Assembly: GCA_002811645.1 (NCBI GenBank) | Contig: PDIP01000077.1 | Location: forward strand, 1-64,000 | Direction of reading: 5' to 3' | DNA: 64,000 nt | Source of the DNA: Corallochytrium limacisporum Hawaii | Lineage: Eukaryota; Protista; Pluriformea | Part shown: positions 1 to 10,266 of the stretch, piece after piece | Layout of the letters: each line of letters opens with the position of its first letter | Position numbering within the stretch: position 1 is the stretch's first letter | Translations under genes and position numbers: made by a program | Notes under the pieces: model-generated | Told to the model about the DNA's origin: nothing | Seen by the model: the letters and a program-made list of their open reading frames with translations, nothing else | The model's database searches: none

Positions 1-42
1 ACCCTAACCCTAACCCTAACCCTAACCCTAACCCTAACCCTA
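1..42. repeat. Telomeric repeat (CCCTAA)n, left chromosome end
   Basis: Six perfect CCCTAA units at 2-37, then CCCTAG, at the very start of the window; C-rich strand at the 5' end as expected for a TTAGGG telomere. Confidence 0.95.
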
Positions 43-59
43 GGTCTGCTCTAATTCGT

Positions 60-1670
60 TTATTTTTTGACCTGGGGTATGAACTCACCCAAAGTCGTCG
101 TACTCGGACTGAAATGTACACGCCATTGAGAGTCTTTGAGTCCCAGATCTTGCCGGTAATCCGCAATTAGTTTCCATTCTCTTTCTGAATGATAGAAGTT
201 GCAGAACAATGGCTGAAATGAATCAAGTTGATTCCCACTTTGTTGCACACATCTTTGACGGGTACACTCTAGAGCTTTGAAATTTGGGTTCACCAACAAC
301 ATGTCCGGAAGTCTGTGTAGTTTTGTACAGTTGTCAAGGCTACAGTCCATGAGAAAGATACAGAAGTTGAAAAACTGTCCCGCTACCTTCGTATTCTTTG
401 TGCGATGCTTTGCAGTATCATATGTGACAAGCTTGCAAAACTTTTTCTTCAGATTGTAAAATGTGGAGACTTTCGCAACGATATCCTGTGGGTCAATCAC
501 CCCGCGAGTACAAATTTTGTTGTTCTGTGGATTCACTGTGAGTCCGGTCCCGCCTGATTCTGAAACCATAAAAGCTGAACTGTCATTGGAAGAACTCGTG
601 TCATTACCATTCATCTTCAATGGTGTTGTTCGAGAATCATACTCGATGTTGGGAACCTCACGATCTAAATCTTGCCCGCTGTTCAATGCGTACAATGATC
701 TCTGCTTAGCCTCCTTGACGAGTGCAGCATTCAAGCTTCTGAAGAAACTGATATCGTAAAGGGACATCAGGAAGTTTATGAAGTCCTGTTCGCTCTCAGA
801 ATGAAAGGCGGCGCATGATACCGATGCTGAACACAACGGGCCTTTGTCGCATTTATCATGTTTGTACTCAGGGTGTAGGTAGAGCAGATCGGCGAGGGTC
901 TCCACTCTTTCTCTTCCCTTTGTCCGGACCAATTCGCAGCGATTGGCCTCAAACTGCATACCGCCCAGGTCGGAGACGCCACAGTATAGCTGAATTCCCT
1001 TGTTCTGAAGCATTGAATACAACATGATTCTGGGACTCGCATTATTACTCTTCCTAGTGTATACCACTGGGTGTTGCAGAATGTATTCCAAACTAAACAC
1101 AAGACCTCTAATATCCTCAAGGAACCTTAGCAAGGAAGTTGGAATAGTTACCTCTTCGGAATGTACCGCCGCATTTCGAAGTCTTCGGAGGAGATCGATT
1201 ACATTAATGATTTCCTGAAAGGACGTATACATTTGGCGGCTGGTCTCGTAGTTGTCAGTTTGGGCTGTCAGTAGCAGCTCTTTCATCCATAAGAGAACGT
1301 TAACGACAGTAGGTCTTTGGTCTGTATTCTTTCGATCTTGCAACCAGTCGGTGAATATGTCGTCAATCACACCCGTCATTCGCGAGTCCAGATGATTGGA
1401 CAAGAGAGGATAGAAAGTGCGGTATTTGTTCTCCAGATGTGATGTCCAAAACTCAACACAAGCGTCAAGTAGAGGATTTGTCGAGGTATAGAGCTTGTCA
1501 TCCACATGGAGATCATTCTTCAATGTTCTGTCAATGTTCCTCAGAAACTCATACACACCTTTCCCAAAATCACGAAACGCCGTTGAAGACAACTGATGCG
1601 ACTGCGCTAAAAGCTTAGAAATGACGTCTACAGCATCGTTCTTCTCATCCTCGGTACGCAGGTACAACAT
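60..1670 (-). CDS. 536-aa protein with HEPN-like domain (RxxxxH) and Unkempt-like CCCH zinc fingers; putative RNA-binding ribonuclease
   Basis: Long ORF, caaacATG start with an in-frame stop just upstream. IDLLRRLRNAAVHS lies in a helical context (motif at nt 1161-1178). CCCH-like modules: LHPEYKHDKCDKGPLCSASVSCAAFHSE, CIFLMDCSLDNCTKLH, FKALECTRQRC..FCNFYHSE. Confidence 0.7.
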   Translation of the reverse strand: MLYLRTEDEKNDAVDVISKLLAQSHQLSSTAFRDFGKGVYEFLRNIDRTLKNDLHVDDKLYTSTNPLLDACVEFWTSHLENKYRTFYPLLSNHLDSRMTGVIDDIFTDWLQDRKNTDQRPTVVNVLLWMKELLLTAQTDNYETSRQMYTSFQEIINVIDLLRRLRNAAVHSEEVTIPTSLLRFLEDIRGLVFSLEYILQHPVVYTRKSNNASPRIMLYSMLQNKGIQLYCGVSDLGGMQFEANRCELVRTKGRERVETLADLLYLHPEYKHDKCDKGPLCSASVSCAAFHSESEQDFINFLMSLYDISFFRSLNAALVKEAKQRSLYALNSGQDLDREVPNIEYDSRTTPLKMNGNDTSSSNDSSAFMVSESGGTGLTVNPQNNKICTRGVIDPQDIVAKVSTFYNLKKKFCKLVTYDTAKHRTKNTKVAGQFFNFCIFLMDCSLDNCTKLHRLPDMLLVNPNFKALECTRQRCVQQSGNQLDSFQPLFCNFYHSEREWKLIADYRQDLGLKDSQWRVHFSPSTTTLGEFIPQVKK

Positions 1671-2977
1671 GTTTGTACGCTCTTATCGCCAACTGGGAAT
1701 TTGACTATGGCTAACTTCCTGGCGAAGGATTTCCACCTAGATACCCCGTTATGGCCGCCGGTTGAGACGGGGTCTGATGATTGGCCCCGCTTGTTGTTGT
1801 GTGACGTTTGTGACCAAAATTCCACGCACTCCTTTCGAAAAAACGGAAGGAAAAAAGGAATCCCGATGGCGATCCGAGCTGAGGTCAGATGTGACATACG
1901 GCGGTCCTAACATCTTGGCATGCTTAGGTATAGTAAAGGGATCGTCATTAGTGGGCCCGTGCCATTGAAAAATGAACCCTAATACTTTAGAGCCTCCAGT
2001 AGCCAATTGAAGGGGGCTGGTCAGGTTCATCGAAAACTTGAGAGACCGGCCGGCAGAACATGACGGCCAGAATAACTTATGCTGTGTAGTTGCTGCATTG
2101 TGCCAGATTCACCAAGCGAAGGGGGAAGACGGCTCAGGAGCTGAAATGATATTTCTCTAACATCTAGTGCACCATCGTAACCCGTATTGTTGACTACGCG
2201 CCTCGTACATGTCGAAAACATGATATGATTCCCACAAAATAGAGGACATCCTCTCGTCCAAAGGAGCAAGACGATATGTGCTTTGTTTCTCTTGCGTGGA
2301 ACCTTTGAAATATCCCGTTAACCCCTTGCCACCCACCACTGCTGCAAAGAACGTCGTGAGTATTTATGTATGTAAACCCGAAGACTTAGGGGTACAGTTG
2401 GAAGAAAATGAAACTAAAAGCGAATGACAAACAAATATAAATATAGATAAAGGGAGACGTTTATGTCGCTAAGGGGTGGGTGACTGTTGATAGGTGTATT
2501 TTAACTGTCCTTGGTTGAAGAAAAGGCCACCCTCCCTAGGTCCTCCTGTCGACGGAGAGGTAAAAGTGGGTCAGCCCCCCAATCCTCGTTTTCTGTGTAA
2601 CCATTTCACGTGTGGAGACGGGGTGGAGAATTTGAAACTAAATACACACTCGCGAAGCACGGAGTCTCCGACTCTTCGCTGTAGAGAAACTGTTGTTTGC
2701 GGTCTTAGTGTTGTACATGGTGATCTTTGCACACCGTGGTAATCCTAGCCCATGATTTATCGATATCGGAAACCTTTGAAACAACATCTTAGTACTCTAC
2801 AGAAATCTGGAGACATTGTGTAAGTTAGAAAGGGCCCAACAACGCGGGGGTTTGCGTGTCCATCAACTGTGGATCAATGGATGACGAATAGATCCGCCTC
2901 GAATGCCGAGTCCATACCATCATCGGCAGAAAACTTGCGCAGTTACAACAAAGAGTGCGGACAGTGTACATGAGACG

Positions 2978-3390
2978 GTGCGTGCAGTCTTGATCAGTGG
3001 GTACGTGGTCAGCTAACAAGAGTTGCTGCGTGCTGCTGACACCAATGTTATGGTATGCCAGTTGTACGTTTCTGTTTTCTGTTTACGTCAAGGGTATGGT
3101 GCGCTAGTGTGTATGAACGAGTATGTGCACTTCAAGTCAGTGGGTGTGTACACTGGACGTCAATGGGTGTGCCGGTTGACATCTATGGGTTTGTGCAGTT
3201 TAATCATTGGATGTGTGCACTTGACATCAGTGGGTATGGCAGTTTGCGTCTATTGGCGTGTGCAGTTTTCAAGAATGTTGTGGATGGTTTGCACTTGTGG
3301 TTGCGAGCATTTTATATCAATAACTAGGCGCAGCTGACCAGAGTGGACGTGTACAACTTACATCCAACGGCGTACATGCAGTTTTCACCC
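2978..3390. repeat. Degenerate 22-23 bp subtelomeric tandem repeat (approximate consensus GTGTGTGCAGTTGACATCAATGG)
   Basis: Consecutive units at 3121-3256: gtatgtgcacttcaagtcagtgg, gtgtgtacactggacgtcaatgg, gtgtgccggttgacatctatgg, gtttgtgcagtttaatcattgg, atgtgtgcacttgacatcagtgg, gtatggcagtttgcgtctattgg; more decayed copies on both sides. Confidence 0.75.
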
Positions 3391-5024
3391 TTCGCTTACA
3401 CGATCGCCGCTGCCAGTGTGTCTCCAGTGGATGGTTTTGTTCGGTTTTGGAAGCTAAAGAAACCAAATTCGGAAAGCGGCTCATCTAGAGGTATCCCCGC
3501 TGATCATCCGCGTTAATTGTGGACTCATAGGTGTTGCGGGTACCGTACCAGCTTATTCATTAATGAAGGTTACTTGGGATCTGATCCATTCGCATGTTTC
3601 GCATGGGTTCGTGAGTCTTTAGGAGTATACTTCTGAATACCGGGGCGGGGGGCTACCTGGATTTGCCCCAAGGGACTGTAAGCTGCCTGAACATATGTGT
3701 GTGAAGGAATTTGTCCAGTACAATTTTCCTATGTAAATAGACATACCGCGCGCACAGTATATGTGACACCACCTCGGTTATCCATGCTATCGAAAAAGTT
3801 TTTGCGGAGCTGGCCCGAAATCCCGTAAGCAATATTTAAGTGCCCACGCAGTTCCTGGTAATCACATCCGCCAGAACGACCTCCATTGGTTCTTTGTTGC
3901 CCACTGCATCGGTGTTTGCAATTTGAGCATTTATCCTAAGAAACTCGCCTTTTATTGGTTACAGCGGTCTTGGGAGTCACTTAGGCATCTCTGCGGTGGG
4001 TTTGGACATGGTTTCAGCGAGGGTGTAAGAGAGCACCATCTTGCGGCGGCTAATGGTTCCGAGGGAACCTACACAGTCACTAGTGAACGCAGATAAAAGA
4101 ATTGCCGATGTGTAAATGCCCCAAACTGCTTTACAAACTGCTTTACAAATTTTGCACAGCCAGAACGCATCCACGAGGACGTCCTTCATTCACCCCGGGA
4201 CTATTACCCTGTGTTTTTCCAAGATACCTTTACAGACGGCTGGCTTTATCCGGTTTTCATAGTCATTCTTTCCCATGGAGAGCAGAAACAATGGTCGGTG
4301 CTACTTAATTTTCCCTAGAACTTTGTCCACATTTCTCTGCGACCTTCGCCTGCATGCGTGGGGGGAAAATAGTTAGGGTGGTATCTGTTCAGAAATCGAT
4401 TGTCGCAGTACGGTCCCCAGGCAGAACCGAATCTCGCGAACTCTGGCGCGGAGTGAACAACCGGAGCAAAGAATTGGAACTTATCGCAGGGTCGCGGTTT
4501 GGGACACCCAATTGAGAGAAAAGAGGAGTGGTTCAATGACGTATTCGACCGGCAGGGGGCGGACGAACTGAAGGAAGTTCTGCCCTGCTGGAAATGGTGC
4601 CGGTTCGAGAAGTTTGGGGTTAGACCCCCGAAGCGAGAACTGACTGCACCCTTTGTCAAAACCTAAGCAGCAACGAAGACACACATCATCTGCCACATAA
4701 ATGCAACCTGGGTAGTAAAGTACACGTCGCAGGAACAGCGACCTTTCCCCCCACCCGGGGGGGAAGAAAGGAAGGGCCGGGGCCGGGGGAAAGGGAGAAC
4801 GAAACTGTCTGAATTGCCGGTGGATCAAAGAACGACGCCTGAGATTTCCTGGATGATGCTTGCTGTACAATGTGCTGAAATTTTGAAGCACCACACTATA
4901 GTTGTAATAATTTAAGTTACACACAGTAGGGTATTTAACGATCATGTCCATTCAGAAAGAGGATTCGAAGGTGAAGCAGCAATCGAACAGTCTAATCAGA
5001 GTCACAACGAACAAAATATCAACA

Positions 5025-5387
5025 ATGTCGACTGGTTATTGCGAATGCATTTGCACGGGAAAGACCTTGAGAATTCCTACCAGTGTCGTATCAACTCCCG
5101 CTGGCTGCAACTATGAAGCCTGCAACCGCCAATTTTCGGTTATGTGTAACATACCTACCAGTACCATAGTTAGGTGGGAGGGGCCTCAGCCGGCTCACAG
5201 CGACGACGGCCTGTCCGATGGTGCTATTGCCGGCATCGTCGTGGCTTCGGTTGTTGCGTTGCTCTTATTGATCCTCTTGACATGGTACTGTTGCTGCCGA
5301 AAGAGCAACACTGCTGCTAAGGCGAACGCCCAGAAGCTCGATGAAATGAACGAACCTGAGCCAACCCAAATGCTTGCCGCAGCATGA
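5025..5387 (+). CDS. Small single-pass membrane protein with Cys-rich N-terminus
   Basis: caacaATG at 5025 (the ORF track starts at 4944). TM segment GLSDGAIAGIVVASVVALLLLILLTWY is followed by CCCRK (stop-transfer/palmitoylation-like). Confidence 0.7.
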   Translation: MSTGYCECICTGKTLRIPTSVVSTPAGCNYEACNRQFSVMCNIPTSTIVRWEGPQPAHSDDGLSDGAIAGIVVASVVALLLLILLTWYCCCRKSNTAAKANAQKLDEMNEPEPTQMLAAA

Positions 5388-6014
5388 GCAACAAGCCAGC
5401 CAAATTGGCCAGCCCCAGTGTCGATAATGTGAAACGCCCAGCAGCACAGAAATTGAATGCTCCTCCTGTGCCTACGAACAGGTGTGACGGCCGATCCTAG
5501 ACAAGCTGCCCCAAAATTTAATCAACGTCCGTTATTTTAGTGTGCCCTGTGGAACATATGCACCGAGGGCAATGCATTGTGCAAACATCCGATAAAGAAT
5601 TTGAAGAATGCCTACAAAGTCTCGAGTACCGTGTGATTTATGAGATCTTGTAAGAACTAGGGTAAATCTTGACATCCGCATCAAATAGCTATTCGCTTTC
5701 TGTATTGACAAGAAATTTCAAGCGTGATCACAAACAAGGCCAGGCAAGGATTGAATGGTCGAAAGATGTTCGAATTATATGGCGCTTTCGTAGTTGGTGG
5801 CTTGGGGAGTTGACACGGTGGTCACGCTGCCAGTGGCAAGCATCGTCCCCGCAAAAAAGGAACATTCAAGGGATCAGGACAACAAAGAGCTGGAGAATTT
5901 TGAGTTCCTCTAAAGTCCCCACAATCCTATGCAGCAACCTCGCAACACTCGGGATACCCATGACTGTGAGATCGTAGAACCCTATTTGTAGGCCATGGTG
6001 CGGTGTTTTCCGTC

Positions 6015-7163
6015 TTATGGTCTCTCATTGAGAGTGTTTGGACATTTGGTCAACACATTTCCCCCCGCAAACGACCTGACATTCGACAGGGTTGTCTCCG
6101 CGATGGCATGTAGAGCATCAGTGGTGAGAAATGCTTGGTGCGACGTCACAATCACATTGTTGAAAGTCAAAAGACGTGCGAGTGTGTCATCTTGAATCGT
6201 TTTCTGGCCACTGAGATCCCTGAAGAAATACTCCGCTTCATCCTCGTATACATCTAAGGCAGCTCCTCCTAGCTTATCCTCTTTGAGCGCCCTTATTAAT
6301 GCATTTGTGTCTACAAGGCCGCCACGGCTAGTATTGATCAAGATTGCAGTTGGCTTCATGATCTCCAACGCATTATAGTTGATGATATGTCGAGTTTCTC
6401 CGGGAATAAGAGGTAGATGCAATGACACTACATCTGAGTTCCGTAATAGTTCGTCAGGCTCAACATAGGTGACAAAGGAATTGAGAGATTCCTCCGGATA
6501 CTTGTCATAGGCGAGCACCCTCATACCAAACCCATGACAAATGTGGGCAAAACATTGGCCAATTTTTCCGGTGCCCATCACCCCAACGGTACGTCCACGT
6601 AGTTCAAAGCCCACAAGTCCATTCAAGGAGAAGTTACCGTACTTGACCCTGTTGACCGCAATATGCATATGTCGATTCAAAGACAGTGTACAAGTCATGG
6701 CATACTCTGCAACAGCATGAGGGCTATATGCTGGTACGTTGGAAACCGTCATTAGGTGTTTGTCTGCCGCCATGAGATCTACGTTATTGTACCCGGCACA
6801 CCTTAGTGCTATCATGTTCACCCCTGCCAATTTGAGGTCGCTAATAGTTCTTTCATCACACCGATCGTTCACAAAGACACAGACCACATCATATCCCTCA
6901 GCTTCCGAAACATTGTGTCTGTTCAGCTCAATAGGTCGGTAATCTATGGAAACGGGACAATCTGCACATTGAGTCTTCTTGACGTTCTCGAAACTTGTTT
7001 GCTCGTATTCCTGGGTTGAGAACATCACCATTCTGGTGTGCTCACCGTTGGTTCCGAAATTTCGCCATTGTGTTGACCCCGAAAGCCCTCGTCGATTCAG
7101 GCTCAAACGGTATACAGTAGAAAACCATGAACAGTTGCCACTCCTTCGCAACGGTGCCAACAT
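6015..7163 (-). CDS. ldhA: D-lactate dehydrogenase (LdhA-type D-2-hydroxyacid dehydrogenase) with probable mitochondrial presequence
   Basis: Motifs ALRCAGYNNVDL, VPAYSPHAVAE, GVMGTGKIG, INTSRGGLVD, LDVYEDE, VTSHQAFLT; first 40 aa are Arg/Ser-rich with no acidic residue. Confidence 0.9.
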   Translation of the reverse strand: MLAPLRRSGNCSWFSTVYRLSLNRRGLSGSTQWRNFGTNGEHTRMVMFSTQEYEQTSFENVKKTQCADCPVSIDYRPIELNRHNVSEAEGYDVVCVFVNDRCDERTISDLKLAGVNMIALRCAGYNNVDLMAADKHLMTVSNVPAYSPHAVAEYAMTCTLSLNRHMHIAVNRVKYGNFSLNGLVGFELRGRTVGVMGTGKIGQCFAHICHGFGMRVLAYDKYPEESLNSFVTYVEPDELLRNSDVVSLHLPLIPGETRHIINYNALEIMKPTAILINTSRGGLVDTNALIRALKEDKLGGAALDVYEDEAEYFFRDLSGQKTIQDDTLARLLTFNNVIVTSHQAFLTTDALHAIAETTLSNVRSFAGGNVLTKCPNTLNERP

Positions 7164-8338
7164 ATTATGACTATGGCTTACCTACTAGCCACAGTTAACC
7201 ACTGAAGTGGTGGGACGGCAATTGGAAAGAGCGTCAGCTGTATTCGAAGTTAAGATTCTCCCAACAGGCGGCTGCAAACCCACTGCGGTTGAGCTACCTG
7301 TAAGTTTTCAAAATCTGCAGTGCTCAAGGCGTTCGAGTGCCACCGTGGCCAGAGAACAGCTAGGATGGCCTGTACAGGGAGAGGGAATTACTGGCCGGAT
7401 AGCGCCGCAACCCAGGGCAGCCAACTTGTAGCGCCGCCCCCCCTCCTCGCCCTCGCGGACCGACGGTGAGGGATTCCCCGACCGCGGAACTCGGTGCGTT
7501 CTCATAAATTCGGCCCCCCTTCAGTTCGGACCCCATTTGGAAGGAAATTTGTGCCGTATACCAACAGAAAAGATTGGTGGCATGAGGTTGTTCCCAAAGC
7601 GTTGCCAGCTTCCTGCACCCATCTCATCAGCCCCACTAAAAGACATGGCTTGGGGCCCATGGCTCTCAACTTCTGTCTATGTAATCGAAGATGAAGGATA
7701 TTAAAGAAAATACAAACACAAGGATGATAGTAGGTGAAAAAACACCGGTATTTATACTATAGTTTGTCTGCGCGTCGGTACCAAGTCACACACCTGACAA
7801 CCCTGCAAGGATGTCGGCTGCGCGGCCTCTAGGGGAGTGTTTGGATGGGACGAAACCTTCGCAGTCCGAAGGGAGCGAAGGGACAATCCACTGCAAACGT
7901 TCACAGCGCAAAATAGTCATGTGTTATCTCTACCTCGTATGCCCTACGATCTGTCGTACTTTGTACCATCGACGATTCACGCCATTGAATGGAACAACAG
8001 AAACAATCCAAACCGCAATAGCTCTCACTTTCAACAACAAAGAGGACGATCTAATCTTCCTCGGAAGGGTAGAGGCTCAAAGGATTGGTCAAAACACAAA
8101 TATGCCCCGCAGCTGGAGGGGTTTGCACAGGTCATTTTGTATGACTTGATTGTCTTTCCAGGGGTCACAGTTGAAAACCGGTCCGATTTCTTTTTTCACG
8201 CCGAACCCGGAAATGACCGAGCCAGAGAAACAGGCAAAAAAAATAGTGGGCGGCTTTTTGACTCCCGTGTTCTCATCAGGGACGCACTTCGAAAGGGAGG
8301 GGTTAACACTTCAGACGGAGCCCAGCGGAGCTGGACTC

Positions 8339-8414
8339 CGGACAGACCCTTAAGGACATAAGGGCTGCGGAACTACTACGGACAGACCCTTGAGGACATT
8401 AGCGCCGCGGAGCT
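8339..8414 (+). repeat. Imperfect direct repeat, 40-bp period, two copies, upstream of the TrxB-like gene
   Basis: cggacagacccttaaggacataagggctgcggaact versus cggacagacccttgaggacattagcgccgcggagct. Confidence 0.85.
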
Positions 8415-8516
8415 CCACAAGCGGGATGTTCCAAACGTATTTAAAGAGCAGTGGCAGTGACCATTAAAACGGGAATACGATCAACAAAAATTCAGATTCA
8501 CGCAAACCCTGCCAAC

Positions 8517-9536
8517 ATGCCACAGGCAATTTCCGATACCGTAGATGTCGCTATCATTGGCGGCGGGCCGGCAGGCCTGACTACGGCCTTGTACTTGCTT
8601 CGTGCTCGTCGTACAGTTGCGATTATTGATGAAGAGATGCCGAGAAACAGATATACCGCTCACTCGCATGGTGTGTTTACTCGCGAGCACATCACACCGA
8701 GTGAATTGAGACAACTGGCCAATGCCGATCTGAAGAAGTTCACCGGCTGGGCCCGTTTCAATTCTCGCGTAGTTGCGGTTGAGAACAAATCCACTCCCAC
8801 CGGTCGCTTTACACTAAAAACCTCAGATGGAAAGGTGCTGAAAGCCCATGCCATAATGTTGGCCACCGGACAAAGCGACCGCCTACCCATCGACAAATAT
8901 GAGAACTTTGAGGCCTTCTGGGGGAAGTCAATTCACAACTGTCCGTTCTGTGATGGCTATGAATCACGCTCCAAACGTATTGCTGTACTTGGCAATGTCG
9001 GGGTGGCTATGATGAAGTCACAGATGCTACAGCTGTGGACAGACTCTGTGTCCCTCTTCACAGATGGCAAAAAGCTCCCGGACGAAAAGCGGCACATGCT
9101 GGAGAAGCGTGGCATCACCATTGTGGAAGATTCTGTTGTTGGATTCAAAGGGGACACTGATGCTGGCGAGGTAAAGGTTATTGTCGCTGAATCCGGCAAG
9201 GAGTATCCAGTCGACAAGGTATTCTACCTCCCGCCAGCCTCTGCAGTGCTGCCCTTCATGCGCGAATTGGGTCTGGAAACCTATGGAGCTCCCGATGGTG
9301 CCGTCCCCAAGGCGCAGGAAGGTGACTTTGAGTTCATCAAGATAGGTGACTTTGCGGCCACCAGTGTGCCGGGCATCTTTGCCGGAGGTGACCTCACGAC
9401 TATGCAAACTCAAATTAACCTGAGTGTCGGCAGCGGTGCCCTGGCTGGCATGGGCATTGTCAAATACCTCTCCTGTGAGCTTGGCATGGGAATTAAAGAT
9501 AACGAAGACACTAAACTCTGCACCATGGCAGCGTAA
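8517..9536 (+). CDS. NAD(P)/FAD-dependent disulfide oxidoreductase, thioredoxin reductase (TrxB)/GliT-like
   Basis: IIGGGPAGLT FAD motif, LATG, redox motif HNCPFCDGYE, TSVPGIFAGGD. ATG at 8517 in ccaacATG context; the ORF-track start at 8451 is GTG. Confidence 0.88.
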   Translation: MPQAISDTVDVAIIGGGPAGLTTALYLLRARRTVAIIDEEMPRNRYTAHSHGVFTREHITPSELRQLANADLKKFTGWARFNSRVVAVENKSTPTGRFTLKTSDGKVLKAHAIMLATGQSDRLPIDKYENFEAFWGKSIHNCPFCDGYESRSKRIAVLGNVGVAMMKSQMLQLWTDSVSLFTDGKKLPDEKRHMLEKRGITIVEDSVVGFKGDTDAGEVKVIVAESGKEYPVDKVFYLPPASAVLPFMRELGLETYGAPDGAVPKAQEGDFEFIKIGDFAATSVPGIFAGGDLTTMQTQINLSVGSGALAGMGIVKYLSCELGMGIKDNEDTKLCTMAA

Positions 9537-9618
9537 ACGAAAATAGTCAGTGCTACGAATCTATTTTTCACAATGGAGGATTAAACTATTTTGATTGAAC
9601 AAAACGCAGGTGCTGAGT

Positions 9619-10266
9619 CTAGAACATGATTTGATGAAAGGGCCCCAAGAATGCAAATGCCACACCGCCCATAATGAGGAAAAATGCAACAAGGAAATTA
9701 TAGGTCATTGGCTCCTGTAGAACAACGCGTGAGAAGGCTGCGAAGGCCACAATCGTAAAGGCCTCTGCAATGACACGCAGTTGACTTGCAGACATAACTT
9801 CGTAGCCGATACTGTTAGCTGGTACTTGCAGGGAGTACTCTCCGAGGGCAATAGCCCAGGATACGAGGATTGCTTGCCATACGGGCCAGTTCGGGAACTT
9901 CAGGTGGGTGTACCATGCAGCAATCATCACGCAGGAACTGAGCCCCAGAAGGGAGATGGCAACAGTCTGGTCTTGCATTTTCTTGCGGCGGCTTCTCTGT
10001 ACTTGCTGTTCCTCTTGAGGGACACTCTCTATTTGACTGGTCGTATCTCCGTTGGTTCCGTAGATTCGTTCAGTGAGTTGCGCAGTGGAAGTGGTGGCAG
10101 TGCTGGATCGAGCTTCGGAACTGAGGGTACTCAATTCGAACGCGTCTTTCCCGAGCGATAGCGAGGATTTCTTTTCTGTGAGACGGGATGCGCAGTTTTC
10201 AGGATGGGTTGGAAAGGTAAAGTCTTGGTCGGGTGCAGGATGCTCTCGCAGATCTTCCAGCTGCAT
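9619..10266 (-). CDS. DMT-superfamily small transporter (DUF486/DMT_6-like) with low-complexity N-terminal extension
   Basis: AWYTHLK..AILVSWAIALGEYSLQVPANSIG..QLRVIAE signature and about 4 TM segments. First in-frame ATG at 10266 (cacaaaATG); the frame stays open to a TTG at 10425. Confidence 0.8.
   Translation of the reverse strand: MQLEDLREHPAPDQDFTFPTHPENCASRLTEKKSSLSLGKDAFELSTLSSEARSSTATTSTAQLTERIYGTNGDTTSQIESVPQEEQQVQRSRRKKMQDQTVAISLLGLSSCVMIAAWYTHLKFPNWPVWQAILVSWAIALGEYSLQVPANSIGYEVMSASQLRVIAEAFTIVAFAAFSRVVLQEPMTYNFLVAFFLIMGGVAFAFLGPFHQIMF

Noticed and set aside
2978-3390. CRISPR-like array or 7-aa coding repeat
   Set aside because: Units abut without unique spacers, are degenerate, and their 22-23 nt length breaks frame; no cas genes nearby.
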